Shown here in pieces: positions 8,419 through 19,092 of a DNA stretch of 64,000 bases. Every line of letters begins with the position of its first letter. Position 1 is the first letter of the stretch. This DNA comes from Bacillota bacterium (GTDB lineage Bacteria; Bacillota_I; Bacilli_A; RFN20; CAG-288). The notes beneath the pieces are model-generated. The model saw only the letters and a program-made list of their open reading frames with translations, did not search any database and was not told the DNA's origin. The DNA lies in NCBI GenBank assembly GCA_023398335.1, contig JAEWSJ010000009.1:55567-119566 (forward strand), read 5' to 3'. The translations under genes were made by a program, and so were the position numbers.

Positions 8419-9678
8419 ATGCTAATGTTTGAAGAAGACAGTATTTATGAAGTAAGAGCGGATTTTGATTTATCTTGCTATGATAGAGAATTTTTAGCCA
8501 GATGTTACTTACCTTTTTTAGGTGGGAATGCTTTTGCTTTATATGAATATATGCTTTCATGTGATAAAGGGCAATACTACTTTGTTGATGATCTATGTAA
8601 GAGAATCGGAATACTTTCTTCTTCATTGATTTCTGAGCGACAAAAATTAGAAGCTTGTGGTTTGTTATCAACTTATCGTAATGAGACAAAAGATAAAATA
8701 TCTTATATTTTTATCTTGTTTGCTCCTTTATACCCAAATAAATTCTTCAATAATATTCTTTTATCTAGTTTACTTATTTCAAAAATAGGAAAAAGAGAAT
8801 TTGATAAATTAATTAATAAGTATACATCTAATTCAAAAATGGATAGTGCATTTAAAAATGTAACTATGAGATTTAATGATGTTTATGATGTTGAACCGGA
8901 TATGAACTACTATGAGACAATGAATGGAGAATCACGTGTTTTATTTGACAAACATGAAAATGAAATAAAGAGTGATTTTTCTGAAAAGAAACTTGTAGAT
9001 GAATTATCTAATATTGATGTTGATGTTAATTCTATTTCCACATATTTACCTGATATTAAACAGGTTTCTGTACTTTATAATGTTAAAGAAAAAACTTGTG
9101 CTAATCTTATTAAGTCAAGTTTAAACACAAATAATGTTTTTAATTTTGAGGCGTTTAAAGAAAACGCGTCTTTAGCTACAAAATATGGAGTTAAAGATAT
9201 TGACAATTCATTCGTTGATATTGATGAAACTTTCAATATTGGAAATTCTATGCTTGCTAAAAAAATTAAATTGTTGGAAAGTATATCTCCGAAAGAATTA
9301 TTATCTCATTCTTTAAACGACGTAGTATTACCAAAATCATATCTAGATTTAATATATAATCTTCAGAATGACTATAAGATTAATAATGGTGTATTAAATG
9401 TTGCCATTGATTACACTTTACAAAAATGCAATTTTCAATTACCTGAGATGTATATACGTAAAGTCATAATTTCGTTAGTTAAAAACAACATTAATACTTC
9501 ATCTGATGCAATGACTTATTTGGTACAGCAATCAAATAAGGTGATTAATAAGAAGAAGAGAAGCAAGTTGAATAAAGTTGAAGCAATAGTAGAGAATAAA
9601 AACGAAGTAAAGAATGATAATAATGACGATGATTTTGATTTAGAATCAGTTTTAGGAGGAGTATTTAGTGGAAAATAA
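8419..9678 (+). CDS. dnaB: Replication initiation and membrane attachment protein, B. subtilis DnaB-type (DnaD-like domains)
   Basis: N-terminus aligns to Bsu DnaB: YLPFLGGNAFALYEYML versus YQPLIGPVAHSLYMTL; ERQKLEACGLLSTY...YIFILFAPLYPNKFF versus ERLKLEGIGLLRTY...LFIYELLPPLRPDEFF. Followed by dnaI as in Bsu. Confidence 0.7.
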   Translation: MLMFEEDSIYEVRADFDLSCYDREFLARCYLPFLGGNAFALYEYMLSCDKGQYYFVDDLCKRIGILSSSLISERQKLEACGLLSTYRNETKDKISYIFILFAPLYPNKFFNNILLSSLLISKIGKREFDKLINKYTSNSKMDSAFKNVTMRFNDVYDVEPDMNYYETMNGESRVLFDKHENEIKSDFSEKKLVDELSNIDVDVNSISTYLPDIKQVSVLYNVKEKTCANLIKSSLNTNNVFNFEAFKENASLATKYGVKDIDNSFVDIDETFNIGNSMLAKKIKLLESISPKELLSHSLNDVVLPKSYLDLIYNLQNDYKINNGVLNVAIDYTLQKCNFQLPEMYIRKVIISLVKNNINTSSDAMTYLVQQSNKVINKKKRSKLNKVEAIVENKNEVKNDNNDDDFDLESVLGGVFSGK

Positions 9679-10600
9679 TATATTGAAAAATGTTCTTACT
9701 AAAGAAGAAGTAGAGAATAAAGATGTTGAAATTGAATCTAGAATTAAGAACAACGAACGTCTACAAGAAATTCTTCTGAAATTTGATGTTAGTGATGATA
9801 TAGTTAAAAAATCTTACGCACCTATATTGCGTTATTTAGACGATCAAAAGCAGTGTAATAATTGTCTTGGCTATGATAAATGTACAAAATGTAATAAAAA
9901 GGGATATCGAATCGCATTAAAATACGATCCTTTTATTGGCTATATTGATGATGCATATATAAAATGCGATTATTATAAACAAATTTGCAAATTATATGAC
10001 CGATTTATCATTTCTGATATTGACGTTGTAAAATGCAAAGATACTTTTTCTAAAACTTACGAGTATTTATTTAAGACTAAATCTTCAGTTAGGAATAGTT
10101 TTATTTCTGTAGCAAAAAGCGTGATGAAAAAATCTGTAACAAAATACTCTCCGAAAGAAATGAACTGCGGAGCGTATATTTATTCTGATAATGATAATGG
10201 TAATTTCCTTCTTTCATTAATTGCTTTTACACACGCTAAAGCTCAAAGAGATATTGTTTATTTAGAAGCAAGTAGAACCTTGACTGATGCATCTTCTTTT
10301 AATAAGGAAATTAAAGAAGAAGCGGATTCCAAAATAGAAAGAGCGAAAAACGCACCTGTTCTTGTTATTTCAAATCTTGGATTTGAATATAAATCATCTT
10401 CCGCTCGAGATATTATTTTGACACCTTTATTATCTTCAAGAGCAAAAAAAGGATTGGTTACTTATATTTCATCTCGTGTATGCTTAAATGATTTAATTTA
10501 TTCCTATGCTAAAGATGCTGTTAGTAAAAAATTCTTAGAATCATCCTTCAATAAAATTGTTGAAGAATATCACATTGAAGATATCGAATTATTTAATTAA
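9668..10600 (+). CDS. dnaI: DnaI-like helicase loader with degenerate Walker A/B (predicted ATPase-dead)
   Basis: GTG start with a GGAGG RBS. N-terminal Cys cluster (CNNCLGYDKC..C) resembles the DnaI zinc domain. The P-loop position reads YIYSDNDNGNFLL versus Bsu YLYGKFGVGKTFLL. There is no GKT/GKS anywhere in the protein. Walker B DD is replaced by SN. Confidence 0.6.
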   Translation: MENNILKNVLTKEEVENKDVEIESRIKNNERLQEILLKFDVSDDIVKKSYAPILRYLDDQKQCNNCLGYDKCTKCNKKGYRIALKYDPFIGYIDDAYIKCDYYKQICKLYDRFIISDIDVVKCKDTFSKTYEYLFKTKSSVRNSFISVAKSVMKKSVTKYSPKEMNCGAYIYSDNDNGNFLLSLIAFTHAKAQRDIVYLEASRTLTDASSFNKEIKEEADSKIERAKNAPVLVISNLGFEYKSSSARDIILTPLLSSRAKKGLVTYISSRVCLNDLIYSYAKDAVSKKFLESSFNKIVEEYHIEDIELFN

Positions 10601-10659
10601 TTATTATTTCATATAAAAATTTTCCTTATATTTACTAAATGATGTGAGGAGATTTTTTT

Positions 10660-11823
10660 ATGTTAAAACAAAAAGAACAAAGCAATTGTGGCGAGGTAGC
10701 AGTAAGAAATATAATTCATTATTTTTATAAGACAAGAGATTCCTATTTTTATAGTCTCAAAAATGATTGCAGCAATTTTTATTTGATGAAGGATTCTTTA
10801 TATGAATATGGAATTATATCAAATGGATATTCATTTACATCTTTAAAATCTCTTTGTAAAGTAAAAACTCCGTTTATTTGTTTAATAAACAGAGATGGAG
10901 AGAAACACTTTATTATTGTGAGAAAGAAAGTTTCGAATTATTTCTTAGTAAACGATTTGAACTATGGTTGGCGATTAATTAGTCTTCATAAATTTAAAGA
11001 AATATCCGAGAACAAAATACTAGTATTTGAAAATTATGAGAAAAAAAAGATTAAGAAAATAAGTCTCATTAGTAATAAATATTTACTCGCGTTAAACTTT
11101 GTTATTTTAATGGAATCGCTTTGTTTATTTTATTCTTTTGCTATTATGAACGATTCAAAATATAGTTTAATTAATTCATTAAGTTTAATAGCTGTTTTTT
11201 TATTAGCGTTTATGCATAAATCACTGTTAATTAGCGTTTCAAAACAATTTGATAAAAGTGTATCCCTAAAGTATTTTCAAGCAGTAAATAGTACAAAAGA
11301 TTATGTATTACTAAATAATTTCAAAACAAAATTTATCACTGAAATAAACGGGAAAATAAGTTCAGTATACACTTTAATATTAGCTTTGTTGGTAGCCTTT
11401 TTTTCCAGTATAGAAATGCTAGCTTTTTTACTTGTATCGTTTATTATATTTATCATATATGAATATTTATTTAGTAAATATTTGAATAAGATGGAATATA
11501 AAATTTATGAAAAAGAACAGATGTTTTTAAACAGCAATCAAATAGATGAAAATTCCTTTAATTCTTCATCGCAAATTGCTTCGAAATATGGGTTGTTAAT
11601 TGAATTAAAGAAAATACTCGTATTAATTTCTATCTTTGTATGTAGCATTTTCTATTCATATCAATCATTGAATATTTCTTATTGTATATTTTTAACTTTG
11701 TTCATTAATTATGTTGTTTCAACTTGCTATTCAAATTTTGCTTATTTCAGTGTTAATAGCAGCTATTTTAACGAAATTCTTAAGTTGGATGGTATAATTT
11801 ATGATATTATTCAAAAAGGGTGA
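10660..11823 (+). CDS. Peptidase C39-like domain fused to a 6-TM domain (ABC-exporter-like, but no NBD)
   Basis: N-terminus has Q-x5-C (QKEQSNCGEVAV), HFIIV and a downstream D/N, all typical of C39. About 6 TM helices follow. The protein ends at 387 aa with no ATPase domain, and no ABC NBD gene is adjacent. Confidence 0.5.
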   Translation: MLKQKEQSNCGEVAVRNIIHYFYKTRDSYFYSLKNDCSNFYLMKDSLYEYGIISNGYSFTSLKSLCKVKTPFICLINRDGEKHFIIVRKKVSNYFLVNDLNYGWRLISLHKFKEISENKILVFENYEKKKIKKISLISNKYLLALNFVILMESLCLFYSFAIMNDSKYSLINSLSLIAVFLLAFMHKSLLISVSKQFDKSVSLKYFQAVNSTKDYVLLNNFKTKFITEINGKISSVYTLILALLVAFFSSIEMLAFLLVSFIIFIIYEYLFSKYLNKMEYKIYEKEQMFLNSNQIDENSFNSSSQIASKYGLLIELKKILVLISIFVCSIFYSYQSLNISYCIFLTLFINYVVSTCYSNFAYFSVNSSYFNEILKLDGIIYDIIQKG

Positions 11824-11887
11824 AAAAAACGCAACAAAAATGATAGTTTACTAATGTATTATGCTATAATTAAGTGAGGTTTTAGCG

Positions 11888-12361
11888 ATGAATAATTGTG
11901 AATTTTATTTTTCTAATCAAACGACAGATGAAAATGAAGACATCGAATTATTATTTAATTCAGTTTTGCTTCATTGTTTAGATTTTATGGGACTTAAAGA
12001 CAAAATGTTAGCACTTAGTACTACGTTGGTTAATACTGAGCAAATACATAAGATTAATAAGGAATATAGAAATATAGATCGCCCAACCGATGTAATATCG
12101 TTTGCTTATGATGATGATAAAACTGAACTTAATGATGAAATAGATGATTTAGGGGAAATTGTCATTTGTTTAGATGTCGCTAGAATTCAAGCAAAAGAGT
12201 TTAATCATAAAGTCGAAAGAGAACTAGCTTTTTTATTTATTCATGGTTTTCTTCATTTGCTTGGTTACGATCATATGAAAGGTAAAAAAGAAGAGGAAGA
12301 AATGTTTTCTCTTCAAAACGATATATTAAATTCGTTTAAGTACGACTATAAGGAGATTTAA
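11888..12361 (+). CDS. ybeY: rRNA maturation endoribonuclease YbeY
   Basis: HGFLHLLGYDH zinc-binding motif. Confidence 0.9.
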   Translation: MNNCEFYFSNQTTDENEDIELLFNSVLLHCLDFMGLKDKMLALSTTLVNTEQIHKINKEYRNIDRPTDVISFAYDDDKTELNDEIDDLGEIVICLDVARIQAKEFNHKVERELAFLFIHGFLHLLGYDHMKGKKEEEEMFSLQNDILNSFKYDYKEI

Positions 12362-12363
12362 TA

Positions 12364-12786
12364 ATGATTGATATTAATGATAAGAAGGTAATTGATGAAT
12401 TGTTTGAGGATGTAAAACACGCCCAAACATTATCGTATTCGCCATATTCTAAATTTAGAGTAGGAGCTGTTATATATACAAAAGATGGAAAGAAAATTTT
12501 TGGTGCTAATATAGAAAATTCGTCTTATGGACTCTCAATGTGTGCTGAAAGAACTGCAATGTTTAAAGCTCATCTGGAAGGATATAGCAAAGAAGATATT
12601 GAAGTTTTGGCTTTGGTTGGTGATTCTTCTACATATGCTTATCCATGTGGAGCGTGTCGTCAAGTCATGTCCGAGCTATTAAGTCTAAATTGTCCAGTTA
12701 TTGTTTTTAGTAAAACTGGAGCACATATTAATTCTTCAGTCGAAGAATTATTGCCATATACATTTTCAAAGGAGAGTTTAAATTAA
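12364..12786 (+). CDS. cdd: Cytidine deaminase
   Basis: CAERTA and PCGACRQ zinc-binding motifs. Confidence 0.9.
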   Translation: MIDINDKKVIDELFEDVKHAQTLSYSPYSKFRVGAVIYTKDGKKIFGANIENSSYGLSMCAERTAMFKAHLEGYSKEDIEVLALVGDSSTYAYPCGACRQVMSELLSLNCPVIVFSKTGAHINSSVEELLPYTFSKESLN

Positions 12787-13664
12787 TGAAAGTAGGATTT
12801 TGTTGCCTTTATGGGCTTGCTAACGCTGGCAAATCAACGTTGCTCAATTCGATACTAGGAATGAAGATTGAAGCAACTTCATCAAAACCGCAGACTACGC
12901 GTGAAAATTTTCAAGGAATATACAATGATGACGATTCTCAAATCGTATTTATCGATACTCCTGGACTTCATAAGCCACATAAGAAATTGGGAAGTTTACT
13001 GATTAAAGATGCTGAAAGTGCTATTCAAAGCGTTGATGTAATCATTTATGTTGTAGATTCTTCTGAAGGTGTTAATTATAAGATACCAGAAAATCTTGCC
13101 CAATCGACAATACCTGTAATTGTAGCTTTCAATAAGATTGATTTAATCAATCTTGATGATGGTCAAAAAAGGCTTGAAGAATATAAATCTATTTTACCTA
13201 ATGCTGAGTTTATTGAAATTTCCGCAATAAAAAAATTCGGAATAGATGAGTTAATTGCCATGGTCAAAAACCATATGAATGAAGGAACACCATATTTCCC
13301 AAAAGATATGATCACTGATCATCCAACCGAATTTATTTATGCTGAAATGATTCGTGAAAAATGTATGAGACTCCTAGATGAAGAAGTTCCACACGCAATT
13401 CATGTTGAAATTACTAACGTTGAAAGTGGTGAAAATGAACAAGGAATTGTAATTTCCGCTAATATAATTGTTGAAAAAGAGTCTGAAAAAGCTATTGTAA
13501 TCGGAAAAAGCGGCAAAATGATTTCGAAAATTCGTCATTTAGCTGAACACTCAATTTCATTATTTGTTATGGATGATGTTGCTCTTGAATTATATGTTAA
13601 GGTCGTAAACGATTGGCGTAATGATGTTAGATATTTACGCAAATATGGATACGAAGGAAATTAA
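12786..13664 (+). CDS. era: GTPase Era
   Basis: G1 motif GLANAGKST, DTPG, NKID and a KH domain. Start overlaps the cdd stop (taATG). Confidence 0.9.
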   Translation: MKVGFCCLYGLANAGKSTLLNSILGMKIEATSSKPQTTRENFQGIYNDDDSQIVFIDTPGLHKPHKKLGSLLIKDAESAIQSVDVIIYVVDSSEGVNYKIPENLAQSTIPVIVAFNKIDLINLDDGQKRLEEYKSILPNAEFIEISAIKKFGIDELIAMVKNHMNEGTPYFPKDMITDHPTEFIYAEMIREKCMRLLDEEVPHAIHVEITNVESGENEQGIVISANIIVEKESEKAIVIGKSGKMISKIRHLAEHSISLFVMDDVALELYVKVVNDWRNDVRYLRKYGYEGN

Positions 13665-14404
13665 TGCCTAGTAAGATTATAACTCTAGAAGGATATATTC
13701 TTTCTAGTTCAAAATATCGTGAAAATGATTCAATAATTGTCTTACTTACTTCTTATGGAAAAAAGAATGTATTAGTAAGAGGTGGAGAGAAGCCAGACTC
13801 AAAGAATCATCAAGCAATCATTGTTTTTAATAAAGTTAAGCTTGATGTAAATTCAACTAATGAAGATTATTTATCAGCTACTTCAGTTGAAACGGAAGAA
13901 AACAATTCTGTTTTATATGAAAACTTGATCTACTCATCAATGTTGCAATTCGCTTCTGAAATTTTGTTACGAAACTTTCAGGATGATGATAGTATGCCTT
14001 ATTCATATTTTGAGCAGATGATTCATTTATCTTTGGATAATTTCGATTCGCTAACTTTGATGTTTATTTTTTTATGTCAAGCAACTAGCAGAATGGGCTT
14101 TGAACCAAATATTAATGAATGTGTTAATTGTGGTTCAAAGAAAAATTTAGTTTCGTTTGACTTAAATGAAGGTGGATTTATTTGTTCATCTTGTGCTGAA
14201 GAGATAGGATTAGAGAAATCCAATGTAAATTATATGAAAGTATTTAGATATGGCTTTATGGTTCCGGCTAATTTAATGGGCAAAAGTGTTTTGCCAAAAG
14301 ATGATACAAGAAAAGCTTTAACAGAATTAGCTATGTTCATCGAAGATCAATTCGGTGGTAGCAAGATAAAAACTCTAAAATTGTATTTAGAAATGATTAA
14401 TTAA
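13664..14404 (+). CDS. recO: DNA repair protein RecO
   Basis: Position after era as in Bsu. C-terminal zinc finger CxxC...CxxC. Confidence 0.8.
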   Translation: MPSKIITLEGYILSSSKYRENDSIIVLLTSYGKKNVLVRGGEKPDSKNHQAIIVFNKVKLDVNSTNEDYLSATSVETEENNSVLYENLIYSSMLQFASEILLRNFQDDDSMPYSYFEQMIHLSLDNFDSLTLMFIFLCQATSRMGFEPNINECVNCGSKKNLVSFDLNEGGFICSSCAEEIGLEKSNVNYMKVFRYGFMVPANLMGKSVLPKDDTRKALTELAMFIEDQFGGSKIKTLKLYLEMIN

Positions 14405-14476
14405 TTGAATAAAATATTTTTTAGTAATAAACTAAATAAATGTTGTTATACTTATTATATAAAAGAGGAAAAAATT

Positions 14477-15868
14477 ATGGAAGAAAAAAAAGAAAGAAAG
14501 CAATTTACTTTTGACAAAATTACAACTCATTTGATGACATCTGGTTTTATTTATCAAGGTAGTGAAATCTATGGTGGCTTAGCTAATTCATGGGACTATG
14601 GTCCATTAGGTTCAGCTTGCAAAAATAATTTGAAAGAATTATGGCGCCATCATTTTGTAAAAACTAATAAATACACATTTGAAATAGACCCTGCGATTAT
14701 TATGAATCCAAAAACATGGGAAGCTACAGGCCATGTGCAAAACTTTCATGATCCATTAGTCGATTGTAAATATTGTCATTCTCGTTTTAGAGCAGATAAA
14801 ATTATTAAGGATCAAAAGCCTGATTTAGATACTGATGCAATGACAACAGAAGAATTAGATTCGATGATTCAATCAGGTGAAATTGTTTGCCCAACATGTG
14901 GAAAGAGTACATTTACCCCTATTAGACAATTCCAAATGATGTTTAAAACTTTTATTGGTGTTAATGAAGAAAAAGCCTCAACAGTATATTTAAGACCCGA
15001 AACAGCACAAGGGTTATTTGTTAATTTTAAGAATGTAATGCGTACTACTAGAAGCAAATTACCTGTTGGAATTTGTGATATAGGCAAAGTATTTAGAAAT
15101 GAAATTACTCCAGGAAACTTCACATTTAGAACTAGAGAATTTGAACAAATGGAAATCGAATTCTTCTGTAAACCAGATGAAGATTTAAAATGGTTTGATT
15201 ACTGGAAATCAGAGTGCTTATCATTCGTTGAAAAATTAGGTTTAAGAGCAGATCATCTTCGCTTTAGAGATCATGAGCCAGCTGAATTAGCTTTCTATTC
15301 CAAAGCAACAACTGATATTGAATATCTTTTCCCATTTGGTTGGGGAGAGCTTATGGGAATTGCGTCCCGTACTGATTATGATTTAAAGAGACATATGGAA
15401 TACTCCGGACAAGATTTAACATATCTAGATCCTGATACAAATACAAGATACATTCCACATGTTATCGAGCCTTCATTTGGATGCGATCGTTTATTACTTG
15501 CTCTTTTATGTGATGCTTATGATGAGGAAGAACTTGAGAAAGATACGAGAATTGTTATGCATCTTGAAAAAGGATTATCTCCATATGATGTAGCAATTTT
15601 ACCTTTATCTAATAAGTTATCAGAAACTTGTGAAAATAAACTGTTCAAATTATTAGCTGAAAAATATAATGTTACTTTTGATACAACAGGTAGTATTGGG
15701 AAACGTTATCGTCGTCAAGATGCGATTGGTACACCATACTGTATTACTTACGATTTTGATTCGGAAAATGATAACATGGTTACAATTCGTGATCGTGATT
15801 CAATGAATCAAGAAAGAGTTTCAATTGACTCATTAATTAGTTACTTAAATAAACAATTTAACCGTTAA
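14477..15868 (+). CDS. glyQS: Glycyl-tRNA synthetase, alpha2 dimeric type
   Basis: N-terminus MEEKKERKQFTFDKI...GFIYQGSEIYGGLANSWDYGPLG matches GlyRS. ATG at 14477 follows an AAGAGGA RBS. The track ORF starts from a TTG at 14405 and is over-extended. Confidence 0.9.
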   Translation: MEEKKERKQFTFDKITTHLMTSGFIYQGSEIYGGLANSWDYGPLGSACKNNLKELWRHHFVKTNKYTFEIDPAIIMNPKTWEATGHVQNFHDPLVDCKYCHSRFRADKIIKDQKPDLDTDAMTTEELDSMIQSGEIVCPTCGKSTFTPIRQFQMMFKTFIGVNEEKASTVYLRPETAQGLFVNFKNVMRTTRSKLPVGICDIGKVFRNEITPGNFTFRTREFEQMEIEFFCKPDEDLKWFDYWKSECLSFVEKLGLRADHLRFRDHEPAELAFYSKATTDIEYLFPFGWGELMGIASRTDYDLKRHMEYSGQDLTYLDPDTNTRYIPHVIEPSFGCDRLLLALLCDAYDEEELEKDTRIVMHLEKGLSPYDVAILPLSNKLSETCENKLFKLLAEKYNVTFDTTGSIGKRYRRQDAIGTPYCITYDFDSENDNMVTIRDRDSMNQERVSIDSLISYLNKQFNR

Positions 15869-15892
15869 TCATAATAATAGGAGGTGTGAACT

Positions 15893-17818
15893 ATGATGCT
15901 AGATCAAAGTTTGATTGACAGTATTAGATCAAAAGCTGATATTGTTCAAGTTATTTCCTCCTATTTAGATGTTGAAAAAAAAGGCAGTAATTACCTAGCT
16001 ATTTGTCCTTTTCATCATGACACATCTCCATCGTTAACTATATCACCTACTAAACAGATTTTTACGTGCTTTGTTTGTCATACAACAGGTAATGCTTTTT
16101 CTTTTGTCATGAAATATGAACATATTGGCTTTATTGATGCGGTTAAAAAAGTTTGTTCAATTTGTGGAATAGATGTCCCTGAACTTAATAACTATAAAGT
16201 CATTAAGAGAATAAGAGAAAATGAAGAAGAACATAAAGCTTTAGAACAATTGTCAGATTACTATGCTTACATGCTTGATACTCAAGATGGAATTGAAGCT
16301 AAAAATTATTTAATTTCCCGTCAATTGCAAAATGATGTTATTAAACACTTTAAAATAGGCTATGCACCTCTAAATAATGAAGAATCCGTTAATATGTTGA
16401 GGAATAAATTGAATATTCCGCTTGAAGTATTGGATAGAGCAGGAATTACTTCCTCTTCAACCTCAACATTTAAGGATCGCTATAGAGATCGTATTATTTT
16501 TACTTTGGAAGATTTGCATGGTGATGTGGTTGGTTTCTCTGGTAGAAAATATAAAGACAATGAAGCTAACGAAGCAAAATATATTAATTCACCTGAAACC
16601 GTTCTATTTAAGAAGAGTCAATTATTGTATAATCTAAAAAACTCGATGGAATCATGTAAAAAAGATGGCTATATATATTTACTTGAAGGTTTCATGGATG
16701 TCATTGCTTTGTATCGAGCTGAAATTACATCCGCTGTAGGTCTAATGGGCACTTCTTTATCAAAGGAACATGTTGCTCTATTCAAGAAATTAAATGTTGA
16801 AATTAGATTATGTCTTGATTCTGATGGTCCAGGTCAAGCAGCTACAGAAAAATGTATTGCTGCATTATATGAAGAAAGAGTTAATTTTAAAGTAATAAAA
16901 CCTTTATATAATGGAAAAGATCCGGATGAATTGCTAGATTCAGAGGGTAAAGAAGCTCTTGTTGCTGCTATGAATGAGATTGAAGAACCGATTATTCATT
17001 CATTAAACTATAATATAAAAGCTAAATTACTAAATACATATGAAGATAAGGAAAAGTTTTTAGTTGCTAATAAAAATTATTTCTACAATATCAATACTTT
17101 AGCATTAAATGAGGTACTTGATACATTATCATTAGCTTTGAATGTTTCAGTTGACTCCATAAAAAATGTATATCGTTCTTTACGAAATAAATCTGACATT
17201 AAATCCGTACAATATGGAGACAATAAACCAGATAGAAGATATGAGTATACTTATATTGATTCATCCGTTGATATATATAAAGCACTTACAGATTACATTT
17301 TAAACATTACTGATAATGTTAGATTAAAATCAATTAATTCAAAACCAATTGTAATAAATGAATCGAGAATTATAGCTCGTATGGTCATGTCGAGAAAAAT
17401 GTGCAATGACTTTTTAAAGACTGAATCATTTGTTATTAGTCAATATAATTTGCTAGTTAGATATTTTAACGATTACTACTTGCGTAATAGTGTAGAATGT
17501 TTATGTGTGGAAAAATTGGGAGATATTGAAGACTCAGTTGAAAACACTTATGGAGAATTGATTGAGACTAATCAAAAATTTTCTAAAGACAAAGATGAGA
17601 TTTTAGGCATTATTTTACGGTTAAAGGTTTGTCATATCCCTTGTAAAACTAATATGTCTGATAGTTCTATCAGCAATCTCATTGACACTCATAAAGATTT
17701 ATGTCTAAAATTTGATATTTCAAACAAAAGTTTGGATGATAAATCTAAGGAAGAATTGATTTCTAAGTTGCAAAAAAATTACTCAAAAAAATTAGAAGGG
17801 AAGAAGAATAATGGCTAA
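15893..17818 (+). CDS. dnaG: DNA primase
   Basis: Zinc finger [10 protein letters not shown]...CFVCH, TOPRIM domain (EGFMD). Confidence 0.9.
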   Translation: MMLDQSLIDSIRSKADIVQVISSYLDVEKKGSNYLAICPFHHDTSPSLTISPTKQIFTCFVCHTTGNAFSFVMKYEHIGFIDAVKKVCSICGIDVPELNNYKVIKRIRENEEEHKALEQLSDYYAYMLDTQDGIEAKNYLISRQLQNDVIKHFKIGYAPLNNEESVNMLRNKLNIPLEVLDRAGITSSSTSTFKDRYRDRIIFTLEDLHGDVVGFSGRKYKDNEANEAKYINSPETVLFKKSQLLYNLKNSMESCKKDGYIYLLEGFMDVIALYRAEITSAVGLMGTSLSKEHVALFKKLNVEIRLCLDSDGPGQAATEKCIAALYEERVNFKVIKPLYNGKDPDELLDSEGKEALVAAMNEIEEPIIHSLNYNIKAKLLNTYEDKEKFLVANKNYFYNINTLALNEVLDTLSLALNVSVDSIKNVYRSLRNKSDIKSVQYGDNKPDRRYEYTYIDSSVDIYKALTDYILNITDNVRLKSINSKPIVINESRIIARMVMSRKMCNDFLKTESFVISQYNLLVRYFNDYYLRNSVECLCVEKLGDIEDSVENTYGELIETNQKFSKDKDEILGIILRLKVCHIPCKTNMSDSSISNLIDTHKDLCLKFDISNKSLDDKSKEELISKLQKNYSKKLEGKKNNG

Positions 17819-19013
17819 AGTAGAAAAAATTGAGATTAAAGTTGAGACAGAATGGAAAGATTTGTTATTAAAAAAAGGGACAAAAAAGGGATTTTTATCT
17901 CAAGATGATATTTACGCCATTATGGAACCTTTCGATATATCAGATGACCAATTGGACGAATTAATTAATTATGTTAAAGAATCTGGAATTGAAATTAAAA
18001 ATGATGTTGAAGAGGATGAACCTATTATTGATGATAGTTTAACACCTGAAGACTTACTTAAAAATGATGATGATATACTTGAAGATGATAATTTTGAAAT
18101 TGAAGTTGAAGAAGAGTCTATTCCTGAAATTCATGATTTAGAATTTTCAATTGATAATGTTGATATTAAGAATAATGACCCAGTTAAACAATATTTACGT
18201 GAAATTGGTAAATATCGTGTCTTAAAAGGAAAAGATGAAGAGATTGAAATTGCTCGTCGAATTGCTGAGGGTGATGAATCAGCTAAAGAAGAACTTACAA
18301 ATTGCAATTTAAAATTAGTTATTTCTATCGCTAAACACTATGTCAATAGAGGAATGCAATTCTTGGATTTAATTCAAGAAGGTAATTTAGGATTGATGAA
18401 AGCTGTCGAAAAGTTCGATTATACAAAAGGCTATAAATTTTCAACATATGCTACATGGTGGATTAGACAAGCCATCACTAGAGCTTTAGCTGATCAAGCT
18501 CGTACAATACGTATTCCTGTCCATATGGTTGAAACAATAAATAAAATTACTCGTGCTTCACGTAAATTAACACAAAAGTTAAATCGTGATCCTACACCTG
18601 AAGAAATTTCTAAAGAACTTGATGGCGCATACTCTGCTGAGAGAATTAGAGAAATTCAACTGATTGCCATGGATCCTTTATCATTAGAGAAACCTGTTGG
18701 TGAAGAAGAAGATTCACATGTTGGTGATTTCATCGAAGATAAAGATAATGAATCACCATTAAAATATGCTAATTCTTCTTTATTAAAAGATAAATTAAAT
18801 GATGTTTTAGGTGAATTAACAGATCGTGAAGAAAGAGTCATTCGTTTACGTTATGGCCTTGATGATGGAAGAAACCACACTCTTGAAGAAGTTGGCAAAG
18901 AATTTGGTGTTACTCGTGAACGTATTCGTCAAATTGAAGCCAAAGCAATTAAGAAATTACGTCATCCAACACGTTCAAAACAATTGAGAGATTATTTAGA
19001 CGATATAAATTAA
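17811..19013 (+). CDS. sigA: RNA polymerase principal sigma factor
   Basis: Regions 1.1 to 4.2 present. [14 protein letters not shown] (2.4) and [21 protein letters not shown] (4.2). The dnaG-sigA order matches Bsu. Confidence 0.9.
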   Translation: MAKVEKIEIKVETEWKDLLLKKGTKKGFLSQDDIYAIMEPFDISDDQLDELINYVKESGIEIKNDVEEDEPIIDDSLTPEDLLKNDDDILEDDNFEIEVEEESIPEIHDLEFSIDNVDIKNNDPVKQYLREIGKYRVLKGKDEEIEIARRIAEGDESAKEELTNCNLKLVISIAKHYVNRGMQFLDLIQEGNLGLMKAVEKFDYTKGYKFSTYATWWIRQAITRALADQARTIRIPVHMVETINKITRASRKLTQKLNRDPTPEEISKELDGAYSAERIREIQLIAMDPLSLEKPVGEEEDSHVGDFIEDKDNESPLKYANSSLLKDKLNDVLGELTDREERVIRLRYGLDDGRNHTLEEVGKEFGVTRERIRQIEAKAIKKLRHPTRSKQLRDYLDDIN

Positions 19014-19021
19014 TATTAAGT

Positions 19022-19050
19022 AAAACTGCAGAACTGCAGTTTTATTTTTT
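19022..19050 (+). terminator. Rho-independent terminator after sigA
   Basis: aaaactgcag/ctgcagtttt hairpin followed by a T-run. Confidence 0.7.
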
Positions 19051-19065
19051 TCAAAATGCTATAAT
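19034..19065 (+). promoter_or_regulatory. Candidate promoter of the second sigma gene
   Basis: TGcTATAAT extended -10 at 19057-19065. The -35 is weak. Confidence 0.35.
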
Positions 19066-19092
19066 TAATAAGAGATTATATAGGAGAACACC

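Noticed and set aside
14405-14476. N-terminal extension of glyQS from a TTG start
   Set aside because: No RBS and a non-conserved sequence. The ATG at 14477 has an AAGAGGA RBS and gives the canonical GlyRS N-terminus.
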